From Podarcis pityusensis (taxonomy: Eukaryota), in the NCBI GenBank assembly GCA_964106645.2, contig OZ067039.1: a DNA stretch of 64,000 bases; one strand, 5' to 3'. A program made the position numbers and the translations under genes. Numbering within the stretch: the stretch's first letter is position 1; every line of letters begins with the position of its first letter. Of this stretch, positions 40,301 through 51,798 are shown piece by piece. Under the pieces are notes generated by a model. It ran no database searches, was not told where the DNA came from, and saw only the letters and a program-made list of their open reading frames with translations.

Positions 40301-41969
40301 TGTTGAAAAATGGAAGCTTAATGGGAATCAGTAAACTGTTAGCAGGTAAATATGAGATCCTATAGATTTTTGCTTGATTGAATGGTTCTTGGTGGTTTTA
40401 TAGTTTCTTTTGTCAGTTTAATCATCATTCCCTTGACCTCAAAAACTTCAAATCACAAGCAGCTCCACACTTTACAGAGTAATCATCTTTCCTTGGGATA
40501 CACAATTGTTTCCCATAGGCATCTGGTTGGCCTTCTTGAGAACAGAATGTCAGAGTACATAAGCTTTTGATTTGACCTGGCAAGGCTCTTCTTTTGTTCT
40601 TACAGTGTGACCAGCACACACCCTTAACAGTTTGTGAACAAATGAAGCTGCCTTACGGAAGCAGACCATTGGTCAACCTCATTTGTATTTGTCACTCCAG
40701 CAGCACTGGCTTACTGATGTCTGAGGCAGGCAGTTTCCCCACCTCTTGATATCTGGAATTCTTTTGAATTGTGTATGGTAGGGATCAAACTTGGGGACTT
40801 ATGCAAGCAGAACACTTCCTCCAAATATATTGGGGAGATGTGGCCCAGTTGGGGCTCCCTGGCATGTTTAGGCAGGTGTTGTATGCCACACGTATTTCCT
40901 TTTACACTTTGTTTGAAGCAGGAAATATTGGTGTAACAGCATTGATGGGTGTAGTATTACCTAATGTTTCAGGTAACGTTTTGGGGAAGTGAGCTCCAAC
41001 TGCCTATGACAGTCATCCTTTCCTTCTATCAAAGTTCTCCTTTCCGCAGAAGCTGCTTCTCCTGCAAAGCAGGACCATCCTACTCTCATGTTTTCCTGTA
41101 CTGTGTCTGCTGCCACAACTTTATCTCCCCCCACCCCCCATGTGTTGGTCAAACTATTATCATCTTTCATCTCTCGCCTGTCTGTTGTATCCAGAGCCAG
41201 CCCTACAAACAGGGATCGTGTCAGTTCTTCCTTCCATACAGGCCTTTAATTGTTGGTCCTAGATAAATGAAGAGTAGAAGCTGGAATGGGAGTTATCACT
41301 ACTTTTGGAATGGTTAGCAGAAACATCAGTTTCTCAAATTCTATTCTAGAACTCTGTACCCATTACAGTTAATACCTGGATGCAGTGATAATGACTTTCT
41401 TTTGGAAAGGCAGCTACCTTCAGATACTAACAAATATATGTCTATAAATATTCTTATAATGGTTCTGCTTCCACAGTGGGCAGATAATAAAGTGTTCTTC
41501 ATTACAGAGATTCAGAGAGGTAAATGAATTTTTTAACAATAAGTATAACAGGATTGCAGTTTTCTGGCACAGTGAATGGGGTTGGGGATGAAGTTACAGA
41601 CTATTTCCCCAGCTGTGAGCCATTCGTGTAGTTTCAAATTAGGATTGAGGGAAATCTAGCAATGAAAGTTAGGTTTGTCAACAAAGGAAGCTGTGTAAAT
41701 TGGCACTAAAATCACTTGATTTTCATCCAGACAAAATTTTTCTATAAAGGTTTTAGAAGCAATCTTTCTCTGCTTTTTGGCTCCTTTGATGAAAGGCATA
41801 TTTTATGTGAAGTGAACTGGGGCACTTATAAAGTAGTAGACTTCTCTCAAGTATGTAACAAAAATACTGGAAAATGCTTCAGAAAATAGGGTGGCTATAG
41901 AATCATAGAACTGTAGAGTTGGAAGGGACCACAAGGATCATCCAGCGCAACAGTGCGGGAATCTTTTGC

Positions 41970-42533
41970 TAGGCTAGATCCAGAAGTGGCCCACCCACTG
42001 CTTATTACTTTTGACAGATAGGTGGGACCACCCGTGACACTTAGATGACATTGGGTGATATCAGGTGTGTGATATCACTTTCAAAGGAAGAATTTGGCAA
42101 ATACTTTTAAGTGCCCTCTTAATTCTTCCTTTGGAGCCACGGCTTGAATTTCAAGGCACATTTAGTTTAAATTCAGTGCTGAATACAAGTCCCACTTTCA
42201 GCAGGGATCTGCTCTGCTCAGGGACTCTGATATGGAGCTCCTGAGTGGAGCTGATTAAAGCAGGGCTTGTTTTCAGTGCTGAGTTTAAATTCAGTGCTCA
42301 ATGCAAGCCCCACTTTAAGCAGGGATGGCTCCACTCAGGAGCTTCCAAATGGAACTAATCCCATTAGGGCTTTCCTTTGGCATCAAATTTAAAGGCACTG
42401 AATGCAAACCCCTTTTACAGAAGAACAATTGGGAGCACATTATGCGCCACAGCCCATTCAAATGGGTCTTGTGGGCCGAATTAGGACCACAGCAGGCCTA
42501 ATTTGCCCTGCAGCCTGAGCTTTCCCACCCCTG
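41970..42533. mobile_element. hAT-like element remnant with internal ~110-120 bp degenerate tandem and inverted repeats
   Basis: TTTAAATTCAGTGCT(G/C)AAT(A/G)CAAG.CCCACTTT.AGCAGGGAT at ~42166 and ~42284, with a weaker third copy at ~42388. Ends ...TTTCCCACCCCTG, a hAT-like terminus. Confidence 0.5.
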
Positions 42534-44552
42534 TCTTAATCTGTCAAACATTAGCACCCTGTGAAGATTACCACTGGGGCAATGCACTTGAGCTCTGCCT
42601 CTAGCTGAAACTTCAGTCTGTACTTGAGTCAGAAACATCTAAAACTTTTTGAAATATATGATACAGGGATAACATCATCTTCATCTCAGGAATGTTTTGA
42701 GAATCACTATAGCGTTGTCTAGATAATATAAATGTGGATGACACAAATGTCACTGTATTTCAATACATACATGAATAGGTCTACATATATTTAAAGGAGT
42801 TTTTAAAGTTGTAGTGTTTGGCTGTGGTTTCTGTGAGAAATCTGTGTTAGAGACAGCTTGGAAATCTGCAGCAGGAAAACCTACTGCAAGTCTGTATTAT
42901 TTTCTTGGTACCATTTATGTCAAAACCAGACTCCTTGTGACACATAAGTGACAGAACAGGGAGTCTGCCAATTCAGCATCACTCTCATGGGCCTCACTAG
43001 GAATTGCAGCTATGTTGACCAGCTCGTCAGTGTACCAAACAAGGAAAGTTGTGTTGTATATTTGGTTTTGTTAGCCAGTTATAGACCACAAGCAGAATTT
43101 TATAGCTTTTTAGGCAGGGAATGCTCTGAAAACACTTGAGGCTCTGTCAGGCAAACACAAGGCAGAGTAGTGTAGCTAGATTTTTTACTTCAGTAATTAC
43201 AGAAACACCCTAGGCCTTTCTGGTTTTATAAACAATGAAATACTTGATGTTTAGCAGGAATTATTGTCAAGACCTTCCTTTCCAGTATGTTGATACTGAG
43301 TGTTGAATTCTCCTGTCCACTGTACAGTTATTACCCCTTTCTAGCTCCAGCCCCTCTGAACATGCTGCCAGTTTTGCCTCATCAGACCCTGTGTGACTGA
43401 GGGGTATTTTAATTTGTTTGAAAGGAGTGAAGAGAGGATACAGGCGAGAAGAGCCACTGGCAAAAGCTCTGTTCTGTGGAGAGAGTTGGTCAAGTAAACG
43501 TGTTGGGAGTGGAGATATCGGGAACAAAAGTAACAAATCTTTTAGGAAAACAAAAACAAATGTTTTGCAGGGTTCATATTTTCTATTTTTTATTGATGAA
43601 ATGCCTGAACCCTCAGAGTCAATACAAGTGGTTCTTAAATAGTGGGTTGTAAGCTTTGCTGTATGTTCCTAATACTAAGTGTTGAATACGATATAATGTG
43701 ACATATGATGCTCTCTGCCTAATGGACTATCCCTTGTTCTGGAAATTAGGGGGATGTAATCTTGTTTCTGGGTTTAATAGGTAAAAAAGAACGTTGCTGG
43801 TTGCTGCTCTGTGCATGAGGTGCTTGTTGATGTGTGAAGCTTTTTAACTCGAAAAGCTATAGCATAGCTGTATTTTTCTTCTTCACTGGCAGCATTGAGA
43901 AGCTAGAGTATTGGAGCGATTTATTCTCGATGGCCAAAGCTGACAAATAACAGAGGGAGTGCAATAGATGTAGGTAGAAAGCAACCAGTTTTGATGCCTC
44001 ATACCTAATTTACAGAGTCCTGCATTGGTTTATCCCAATTGATCATGTGCTTAGAAGTGACTTGCTAGATGTGGGGCTAAACTGGGAGTTGTAGGCCCTT
44101 AGACATTGACCTTCCTGTCTTTGATGTCATGGTGTTTGTATGGTCCTGTCAGTTTTTCCTGTGTAAATTTTTCACTGGGGAGGGTGGTACCTTGTAACCA
44201 AATGTCATGATATTGAGGAAACACACAGAATGCTAGAACTGAAGTCGAAAGATGCAGTGTCCTAGCAACATGAGAGAAACAGTCACTACTAATAAAGTTG
44301 CAGATCTGCAGGGTGCCCTTGTGAGCACAAAGCAGCTAAAGAGTGAGTTTTCAAAATGAGATCTCTTTGCTAGCTTCTGTCATGTTGTTGTGTACCCAGT
44401 GACAAAAGATGTGGGTATGGGTGGAAGGTTTCTTATGTGGTCTGCAGCGCATTAAAGCCTAAGAACCACTGAGCAATCATAAGGGAGGTGAAACAATATA
44501 TATATATTTAACAATGTTTGAAAGGCTGTTTTTCTTCTCATTTGACATGCAG

Positions 44553-44576
44553 CAAGGACATATGGGAGAAGGCGAG
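44553..44576 (+). CDS. CPEB4: CPEB4 24-nt neuronal microexon (mammalian exon 4; ARTYGRRR)
   Basis: ttttcttctcatttgacatgcAG|CAAGGACATATGGGAGAAGGCGAG|GTAAC. Phase 1-1, encodes (A)RTYGRRR(G), the known CPEB4 8-aa microexon peptide. Confidence 0.95.
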
Positions 44577-44702
44577 GTAACAACATTCCTCTTTAATTTT
44601 CTGATGTTTAAAATGTCTCATGGCACAGCTAATGCACAATCTGCTTCTGTAAGGAGGACTGGAAGCAGTTTTTTTTTTAAAAAAAGCCAGGCTTCCTCAA
44701 TT

Positions 44703-44708
44703 TGCATG
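44703..44708 (+). promoter_or_regulatory. RBFOX element TGCATG downstream of the microexon
   Basis: Exact TGCATG about 126 nt 3' of the microexon donor, a position where RBFOX proteins typically enhance inclusion. Confidence 0.6.
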
Positions 44709-45131
44709 CTGTGGTAACCTTTAGGAACTTAATGTAGTGGCTCCCAAAATTAAGACTACCTAGGCAGAATTAGGATAGTTACACTGAGTCATGGGGATGA
44801 GGAGGCGTCAATCAGTGTTACTACAGTGTAGGTCTGACCTTATGTGTGGGTGTGGGTGGTTGTTGCTTGGAAAAGCACCTAAGTGACTTGGGCTCCAGGT
44901 CTATTTTTCAAAGGTGACTTTGGCCATGATGCACTGTAATAGGAAAAAGACAATGGTTATCATATGTACTCTGACATGGGTGATTTAATACTGCCTCTTA
45001 AATAGTGTGCCCTTGTGGAATCAGATTGCTTTTCTGGTTCTCTCCTGTGAACAAGCTAAAAATCTCTGTGTCTGAGAGGTGCCTGGAGCCTTACAACTGT
45101 AATTGTGTGTTTTGAAGAGCTCCTCAGCTGC

Positions 45132-45133
<2 letters not shown>

Positions 45134-45170
<37 letters not shown>

Positions 45171-45262
45171 TGCCATCCATCTGACTGGATTGCCCCAGCC
45201 ACTCTGGGCAGCTCCCAACAAAAAATAGTAAAAGCACAATACATCACACACTAAAAACTTCC
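45134..45262 (-). repeat. (AAT)12 microsatellite tail plus a short retroposon 3' fragment
   Basis: AATAATAAT run followed by CCATCTGACTGGATTGCCCCAGCCACTCTGGGCAGCTCCCAACA, recalled as a common lizard retroposon end. Confidence 0.55.
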
Positions 45263-48157
45263 CTAGCTTGGGTTGGGGGCACTAGCAATCATAATTTGAA
45301 GTTGGGGGGGAGTTTCATGTCATTTGTGAAAATGGATCCTGGCAATTAAGTCACTTAGGTGCTTTGTGGAATGAGGGAACTGCATTGCTCGGACTTCATC
45401 CTCTGAACTTGCATGTTGAGTAAATAACCATGAATACATGCCACTTTGCTTAGCTTCTTCAATACTTTCTTGCTTGGGGTGAGGGAAGCATTTCTGCAAT
45501 AAGAATAGAGTAGTAAGGAGAGTTAATACTAAAGAAAAGGAAGAGTGGCTATATGTAGTCCAGGAAAAGGGTCTGCAAATTTAGTTTTCAAAGAGAATTC
45601 ATCCCTTTCAGTGGTTTCAGATCATTACATTAGAAAGCAAATGTTCTAGAATGCTGGTAATGATAATGGGATTAATATTGTTGTGCTCATCTTCTAAACA
45701 GGAGTTGTATTTTTTTGATAGGTTGTGGTAAACTGGTTCACTGTTTCTTAGTGACTCAGATTTTATTGACATGTTTGACTTCTGGGGGCACCCCTTGATC
45801 ATAGAGGTGAGGCGTTTGAGAGGAGGAGACAGATCTTCTTACACTGATCTGCCCTTTAGCCCTTCAGCCAAGAACCTTAGAGTTGCCACTTCCCATGTCA
45901 AAAGGAACCTATGACATTCCTGTTGCTGCCCTTGTTGAATGATCACATAGAGGAAAGCATGACAGTGCCATTGACAATATGTGTAGCTTGCTATATTCAG
46001 TATATAAGGAACAATGTTTTCAACCATCTTGGTGTACTCTAAATAAAACTGCACTGTGATGTTTCATCAAAAAGGGATTGTAACACATTTTTTTCCTTCC
46101 GTGTGAATGTTAATTTAAAAGAAACTAGAACACTAGCCAGAAACACAAGTTTCCAGCTTGTCTTGAAATGATACAGGAAGTCAGGTGCTAAAGTGATCAG
46201 TTTTGTCTATATGAATGTTAAGCGGTATGAAACAAAGTACCACTTTCGCAGTAACATATACAGTAAGTACCATAGCAAGGAGACCCCTACATAATTAATA
46301 GCAGAATGATTCTTGAAACATGGCTTTCCTAGATAATCCATTAATCTTGTATAACATCAAGGTACTGGTTACTATTAGGAAACAAAACCACCTAGAGTCT
46401 ACATCTGTCTGTGGTGATACACCTGTACCTGGACTATATCACTTCAGTCTGAAAGAGTGAAGAGTCACAGAACCAAATGCTTCCTCTGCAAAAAACATCA
46501 TTGTACATTGAAAGCTGGCATATTAGGGGTAAGGCTAGGCTATAACCTTTCCCCCTGACATGCTAATCTTATATGTGTGGGAACTTTTCTTATATGGAAA
46601 AACACACAATTGCATAAGTTCTTACTTCTCTTATGTAGTGGCACAGCCAAGACTGATGAATGAGCCTCAACTTGTTTCAAGTTGGCTAGGAAATAAGCTG
46701 AGAAGTAACCAGTTTATTTCTAAGCCAACTACCCTTTGTTTCCTGGATTTTACTCATCTACTAGTGGTGTTCTGGCTCAGGCAGTAGTGGTAGCAAGCTG
46801 CAGCGGAAAGCAAAGGAGGGGCGTCTCACTCTTCCTTTCCCTCCTTCTCATACCAAAATCAGTTCAGGGAAATGTAGTTTTCCCAACAACAATGTTGGTA
46901 GGCACTGGAAAAAATGATTTTCCAGGGTTAATTGTGGTACCTACGAAGGTAGAAGAAGGAAACCCATTGGGGATGAAGGGAAGGTCCCCAATAATTTTTG
47001 AGGTCAATATTCATTTTGGTGGTGTATTTCTATACTTTTGTGATGACCAGTGGTTTTTGCAAATAAATTTGGCTGGCTGCTCACTGGAGGAAGTTTGGGA
47101 ATAGGCTAGTGGGTAAGAAGGGAATGAGTGCGTAGAAGTTTGGGAGTCTGATTGGATGGAAGAGGTATTATTCTATAGATCAGAATAAAACCTGAGCTGA
47201 AGAAGAGTTCAGGGGTGACAGTAATACTTGCTTCAAGGTTGAGGGGCAAGTATTAAGTTTATATTCTGCCTTTCCTCCTGAAGTTCAATGAGGCATGCAT
47301 TGTTATTCCTTCCCCATTTTATCCTCAAAGCAGCCTTGTGAGGTAGGTTAGGCTAAGAGAGAGAGACTGCTCCAAGGTCTTCCCAGCACTAGTCTAATAA
47401 CCTAACAATTATGTGATGCCGTATGCCAAGCATTATGAGACCTATGAAACTCATACTTCCAGGAAGAGTTACAGCATTAGTTGGTTTACTGTGTCAGTAA
47501 AAACTAGGGCTAAAGAATTTCAAATTTGGGGAGGGGAGTATTTGTTTGGTAGGATATTTTACTACTGCTGTCACATTGTGACTGTTCATGATTTCAAGTC
47601 TCTGAGATTAAAGTGTAAATTAGATGTGGGATATTTCACTTCATCTGAACTATGCAGTTATATGGGGGTAGCTGAAATCTTGCAACTTGCAATTCCACAG
47701 CATTCTTCATACGATATTGGGGAAAGGCACCAAAATTATTCTTAATATATTTGATAAAGCATTTATTTGCAGCATATGTTTGAAAAATATTCAATTTGGT
47801 GTGTGTTGAGAAGAGAATTGGGGGATTGTGCTTGTATTATATTATGGTGCATTACCTTGAGCTGCCTGCATAGCAGTTGACAGAAAAAAAAATTGAATTA
47901 ATAAATAATACTAAAATGAAGTTTTCCTATTTTGTTTCATAGATAGTATTAATAGGGCATCTTCGTATACCCAAGAGGTCAGGCTGTAGGAGTAAGAAAG
48001 ACATGTAGTTAATGTTACTCTTAATTATGTACGCAGAAGGGAAAATGCTCTGACATGTCTGATGTAGCAGTTAATATTAATGAAATAATTGTATCTATCC
48101 AAATAGAATTTTCTTCTGTTAGTATGTTTTGCATTTCCCCCCTCTTTTCCATTGTAG

Positions 48158-48331
48158 GTCAGTCTTCACTGTTCCCAATGGAAGATGGGTTTTTGGATGA
48201 TGGACGTGGGGATCAGACGCTCCATAGTGGCTTGGGATCACCACACTGCTTTTCCCACCAGAATGGCGAGCGAGTGGAACGGTACTCCCGCAAGGTGTTT
48301 GTAGGTGGTTTGCCACCTGATATTGATGAAG
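48158..48331 (+). CDS. CPEB4: CPEB4 exon (174 nt; GQSSLFPMEDG...RKVFVGGLPPDIDE, start of RRM1)
   Basis: Acceptor cctcttttccattgtAG|GTC and donor GAAG|GTATAC. Contained in ORF 48055..48372. Includes the RNP2-like VFVGGL. Confidence 0.97.
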
Positions 48332-50226
48332 GTATACTTGGACATCAGTATAGCCAAGAATACCCACATTAACCATAAGGGCCAAGGCTTAATTGTGACA
48401 CGTGGGAGGGGTGGACCCTCATGTCTTCGCTATGTGCAATTTTTGGGGGGCTGTGAAAATAATTACCTAAGCTATGGGCTGCCAAATATGCAAGCTGCTG
48501 GGTTATGAACTGTGAGGATAAGGAGTTATGAGCTGGACAGCTCATGCGATAGGTTTTCTTTCCATCTAGTTCCGTTAGTTGCATATTGTGTTGAATGACA
48601 TCATAAAACTCTTTATGAAGGTCTTTTATTTTGGAGATGGCTGTGCTTAAGACTTTATGTTAAAGCCATTAATACAGACACAAATTTAGATCAGTGTCTG
48701 ACTTAGAAGTGGAGTGCAGTGCTTCGATTGTTTTAGGGAGCAATACACAAGGCACTGCCTTTTTGTAACCACTGTATATTTCACAGGGGGAATGAATTAT
48801 TCCTACACCTCAAATCTGTTTTAAGCATAATGAACACTGTTGGGGGTGTGCCTAATAGGGTGAGAGTTATTGCAGTATAGGCTTTCATTTGAAAACAGGG
48901 TTTAAGTAGATGGACAACCATGGATGAGTTTCTTTAGCTGAATGGGTCTCTGCCATGGGTATCTATTTTGTATTGTTCATGGTTGGTTTTGGTTTTTAAA
49001 ATATATATGTTGTTTTTAAATGCTTTTTGCTATTATTGTGCATTGCCTTGAAATGTTTGTGTAGAAGGCAGTTAGTTGATAATAAATAAATAATAGATCC
49101 CTCTAGGTAATTAGTTATAAGAACAAAATAATGCCTCATTTTTAACAATAATAATTTACATGACTTTATTTGGGATATCTAACCCTAAAATACTATTTTC
49201 AAATTCTGTTAATTTGGAAAAACAGTTCTTAGTAAGTTGCAAGCAATGTCCCAATATCTCTTTAGCACCTCTGTTGCTTGCATGCACATGAAAGTATCTG
49301 GGAGGCTTGTGACTGGGTCAGATATCATTTGCTTTTGGGAAAAGAAATCCTGACACATGTTGAAATCCAGAGGATAGTTTGAGAGGGATTTAAGGAAAAT
49401 AATAAATGAATGGAAGTGGGTAGAGCACATATATTTTATTTATTCAGATACTGTGTTATAGAGAAACACGAAATTTTCTTCCTTTAAATAGCTGTAATTA
49501 TGAGTTTGTTTTAAAATTACACTGACTTTAAGAATTCTCTATCTGCTGTTGTTAGCATGAGTTGTACAGTAGTTAGATTTGTGTAATATTAGCCAGTATG
49601 TAAGTCACCTGATCTGAATTTTGAAATGGAAGGAGGCTTTGAAATGGCTGCAGCAATTGCTTTCTGTTAATGTGTTCTGTGCATACCGTCTGCATCCTCG
49701 TCTCTATGGCTATTACATAACTGCTTTCTAGAAGCCCTGCCGAAGTTAGTCGGAGGTCAAGCTCAGATAATGTGCACAGATGTGGCATAAGCATGTGATG
49801 TGAGCAGGCATGACTAGACCGTGTGATATTCTTTTCTCTTTCTCCCAGCCTTTTGCAAAGCAGCTTGCAGAGCAGACTGCTCAGCACTCTGATTCAGACT
49901 CTGCACGCTAGCAGTGGGAGAATGCCTGAAGCTAGGATCTGGTAGCTGTTTAGGTTCAGTGATTTCGCTCCTTTGAGTGGCTTGCTGCAAATCTTTATTT
50001 GTAATCTAAAACACACAGCTTCAGTATCTGAACTGTTTTCTTCATTATTAGACATATGTTTTGACTTGTCAAACCTTCCCTTTAAACAATAAAAATATCA
50101 TCAGCTCTCTGTCTGTTAGCATTACAGAAAATACTTGTAGGTTAGACCAAAGTGTTATTACCAACTTAACCTGAAATCACTGTATGATGTGGTGTTTTAA
50201 TACTTGCTTTTCCCTCTGACCTACAG

Positions 50227-50316
50227 ATGAGATCACCGCTAGCTTTCGCCGCTTTGGCCCTTTGATTGTGGATTGGCCTCACAAGGCTGAAAGCAAGTCC
50301 TATTTTCCTCCTAAAG
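50227..50316 (+). CDS. CPEB4: CPEB4 exon (90 nt; DEITASFRRFGPLIVDWPHKAESKSYFPPK, RRM1)
   Basis: Acceptor ttccctctgacctacAG|ATG and donor AAAG|GTAACA. Hand translation, phase 1-1. Confidence 0.97.
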
Positions 50317-50652
50317 GTAACACTTAGTATTTTATAAGTTACATTTTGTGTCCCGTCCTTCCTCAGAAGAGCGCAGGTTAACTGTGATCTGGTGACATCT
50401 TGTTTCACCTATTGAACTTCACAACTGAGCTATGATTTGAACCTGGCTCTCTTGGTTCAAGCCCAACACAATCCACTAAGATACACAATATTTTCCTATT
50501 ATGTGGACACAGTAAAGTTGCAGATTATGGATTTTTTTATTTTTTTTTTTAGTATTCTTCTCTGTATCTTTTGTTTGTTTGAAATTGTTCTTCATTGCTG
50601 CTATTGCTCTAAGACCCTGTTGTACTTTGAATACTTTAGTTGGGCTGTAGAT

Positions 50653-50975
50653 TTGTTGTTGTTTAGTCATTTAGTCGTGTCCGACTCTTCGTGACCCCAT
50701 GGACCAGAGCACACCAGGCACTCCTGTCTTCCACTGCCTCCTGCAGTTTGGTCAGACTCATGTTTGTAGCTTTGAGAACACTGTCCAACCATCTCGTTCT
50801 CTGTCGTCCCCTTCTCCTTGTACCCTCCATCTTTCCCAACATCAGGGTCTTCTCCAGGGAGTCTTCTCTTCTCATGAGGTGGCCAAAGTATTGGAGCCTC
50901 AGCTTCACGATCTGTCCTTCCAGTGAACACTCAGCGCTAATTTCCTTAAGAATGGATGCATTTGATCTTCTTGCA
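50653..50975 (-). mobile_element. 5'-truncated RTE-BovB LINE (3' end)
   Basis: Minus-strand ORF KLRLQYFGHLMRREDSLEKTLMLGKMEGTRRRGRQRTRWLD is the typical BovB RT C-terminus. (CAA)n tail. Perfect 12-bp TSD TGGGCTGTAGAT at 50641-50652 and 50976-50987. Confidence 0.93.
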
Positions 50976-51071
50976 TGGGCTGTAGATAAGAGTGCTCTAT
51001 TTAGTCATAGTTTAAGATTATTTTTATTTCTGCTCCCATTCAGTAAATTACTTGGTTTATTTAATCGAGAA

Positions 51072-51330
51072 ACAGGGAATCTGTGGCCCTCCAAATGCTA
51101 CTGGACTCCAACTGTCATTAGCCCCCCGTTAGCATAGCCAGTGGTCAGGGATAATAGGAGCTGTAGCCCAACATCTGGGGGGGGGGGTGTTCAGCTACAT
51201 TTTACTCAGAGTAGATTCACTGAAATTAATCAACTTGACTAAGTTATGCCCATTTATTTTAGCAAGCCCAGTTTGAATTAAACTTAGTTGAATACCATTC
51301 CTAGAGAGCCATAGGTTCTCCATCTTTGCT
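51072..51330. mobile_element. Degraded hAT-type MITE interrupted by a second palindromic MITE (~51186-51297)
   Basis: Outer element resembles the 34228 MITE (GGCCCTCCAAATG...GGAGCTGTAGCCCAACATCTGG). Inner element is bounded by GGTGTTCAGCTA...TAGTTGAATACC (10/12 inverted match). Confidence 0.6.
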
Positions 51331-51679
51331 TTAACTTCTCTCCCCTCACGTCCTGTTCCTTGTTCCACTTAAATCTTTCACTTTGAATGACAAAAGCTTA
51401 TGTGTTACAACATACAACTGTATAGGGAGTTTGCCATTGAAGTTGTGGCCAAGAAATGTAGGAAGCTTTGGCTCTTGAAGCCTGCTCCCACTCTTATTAA
51501 TAAAAGCAATTTGTTTAGATCAGAGCTTTTCCAACTGCTTCTCCAAAAATCTTCATATTCCCCAAATATGGGCTAAGGATTCGCTCATCTTGGTTATGTG
51601 GAGCCTAAGTAGATAACTTCAACGCTCAGAATCTCGCAGAATTTTTGCAACGCTTGCCTCTGTTTCTTTATCTACATAG

Positions 51680-51798
51680 GATATGCATTTTTGCTGTTCC
51701 AAGATGAAAGCTCTGTGCAGGCTTTGATTGATGCATGTATTGAAGAGGATGGAAAACTCTATCTGTGTGTTTCCAGTCCCACAATTAAAGACAAACCG
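51680..51798 (+). CDS. CPEB4: CPEB4 exon (119 nt; GYAFLLFQDESSVQALIDACIEEDGKLYLCVSSPTIKDKP, RRM1)
   Basis: Acceptor tttctttatctacatAG|GAT and donor CCG|GTAAGT. RNP1-like KGYAFLLF spans the junction. Confidence 0.97.

Noticed and set aside
42150-42420. CRISPR-like repeat-spacer array
   Set aside because: Eukaryotic intron; the units are degenerate and irregular with no cas genes, and are better explained as transposon internal repeats.
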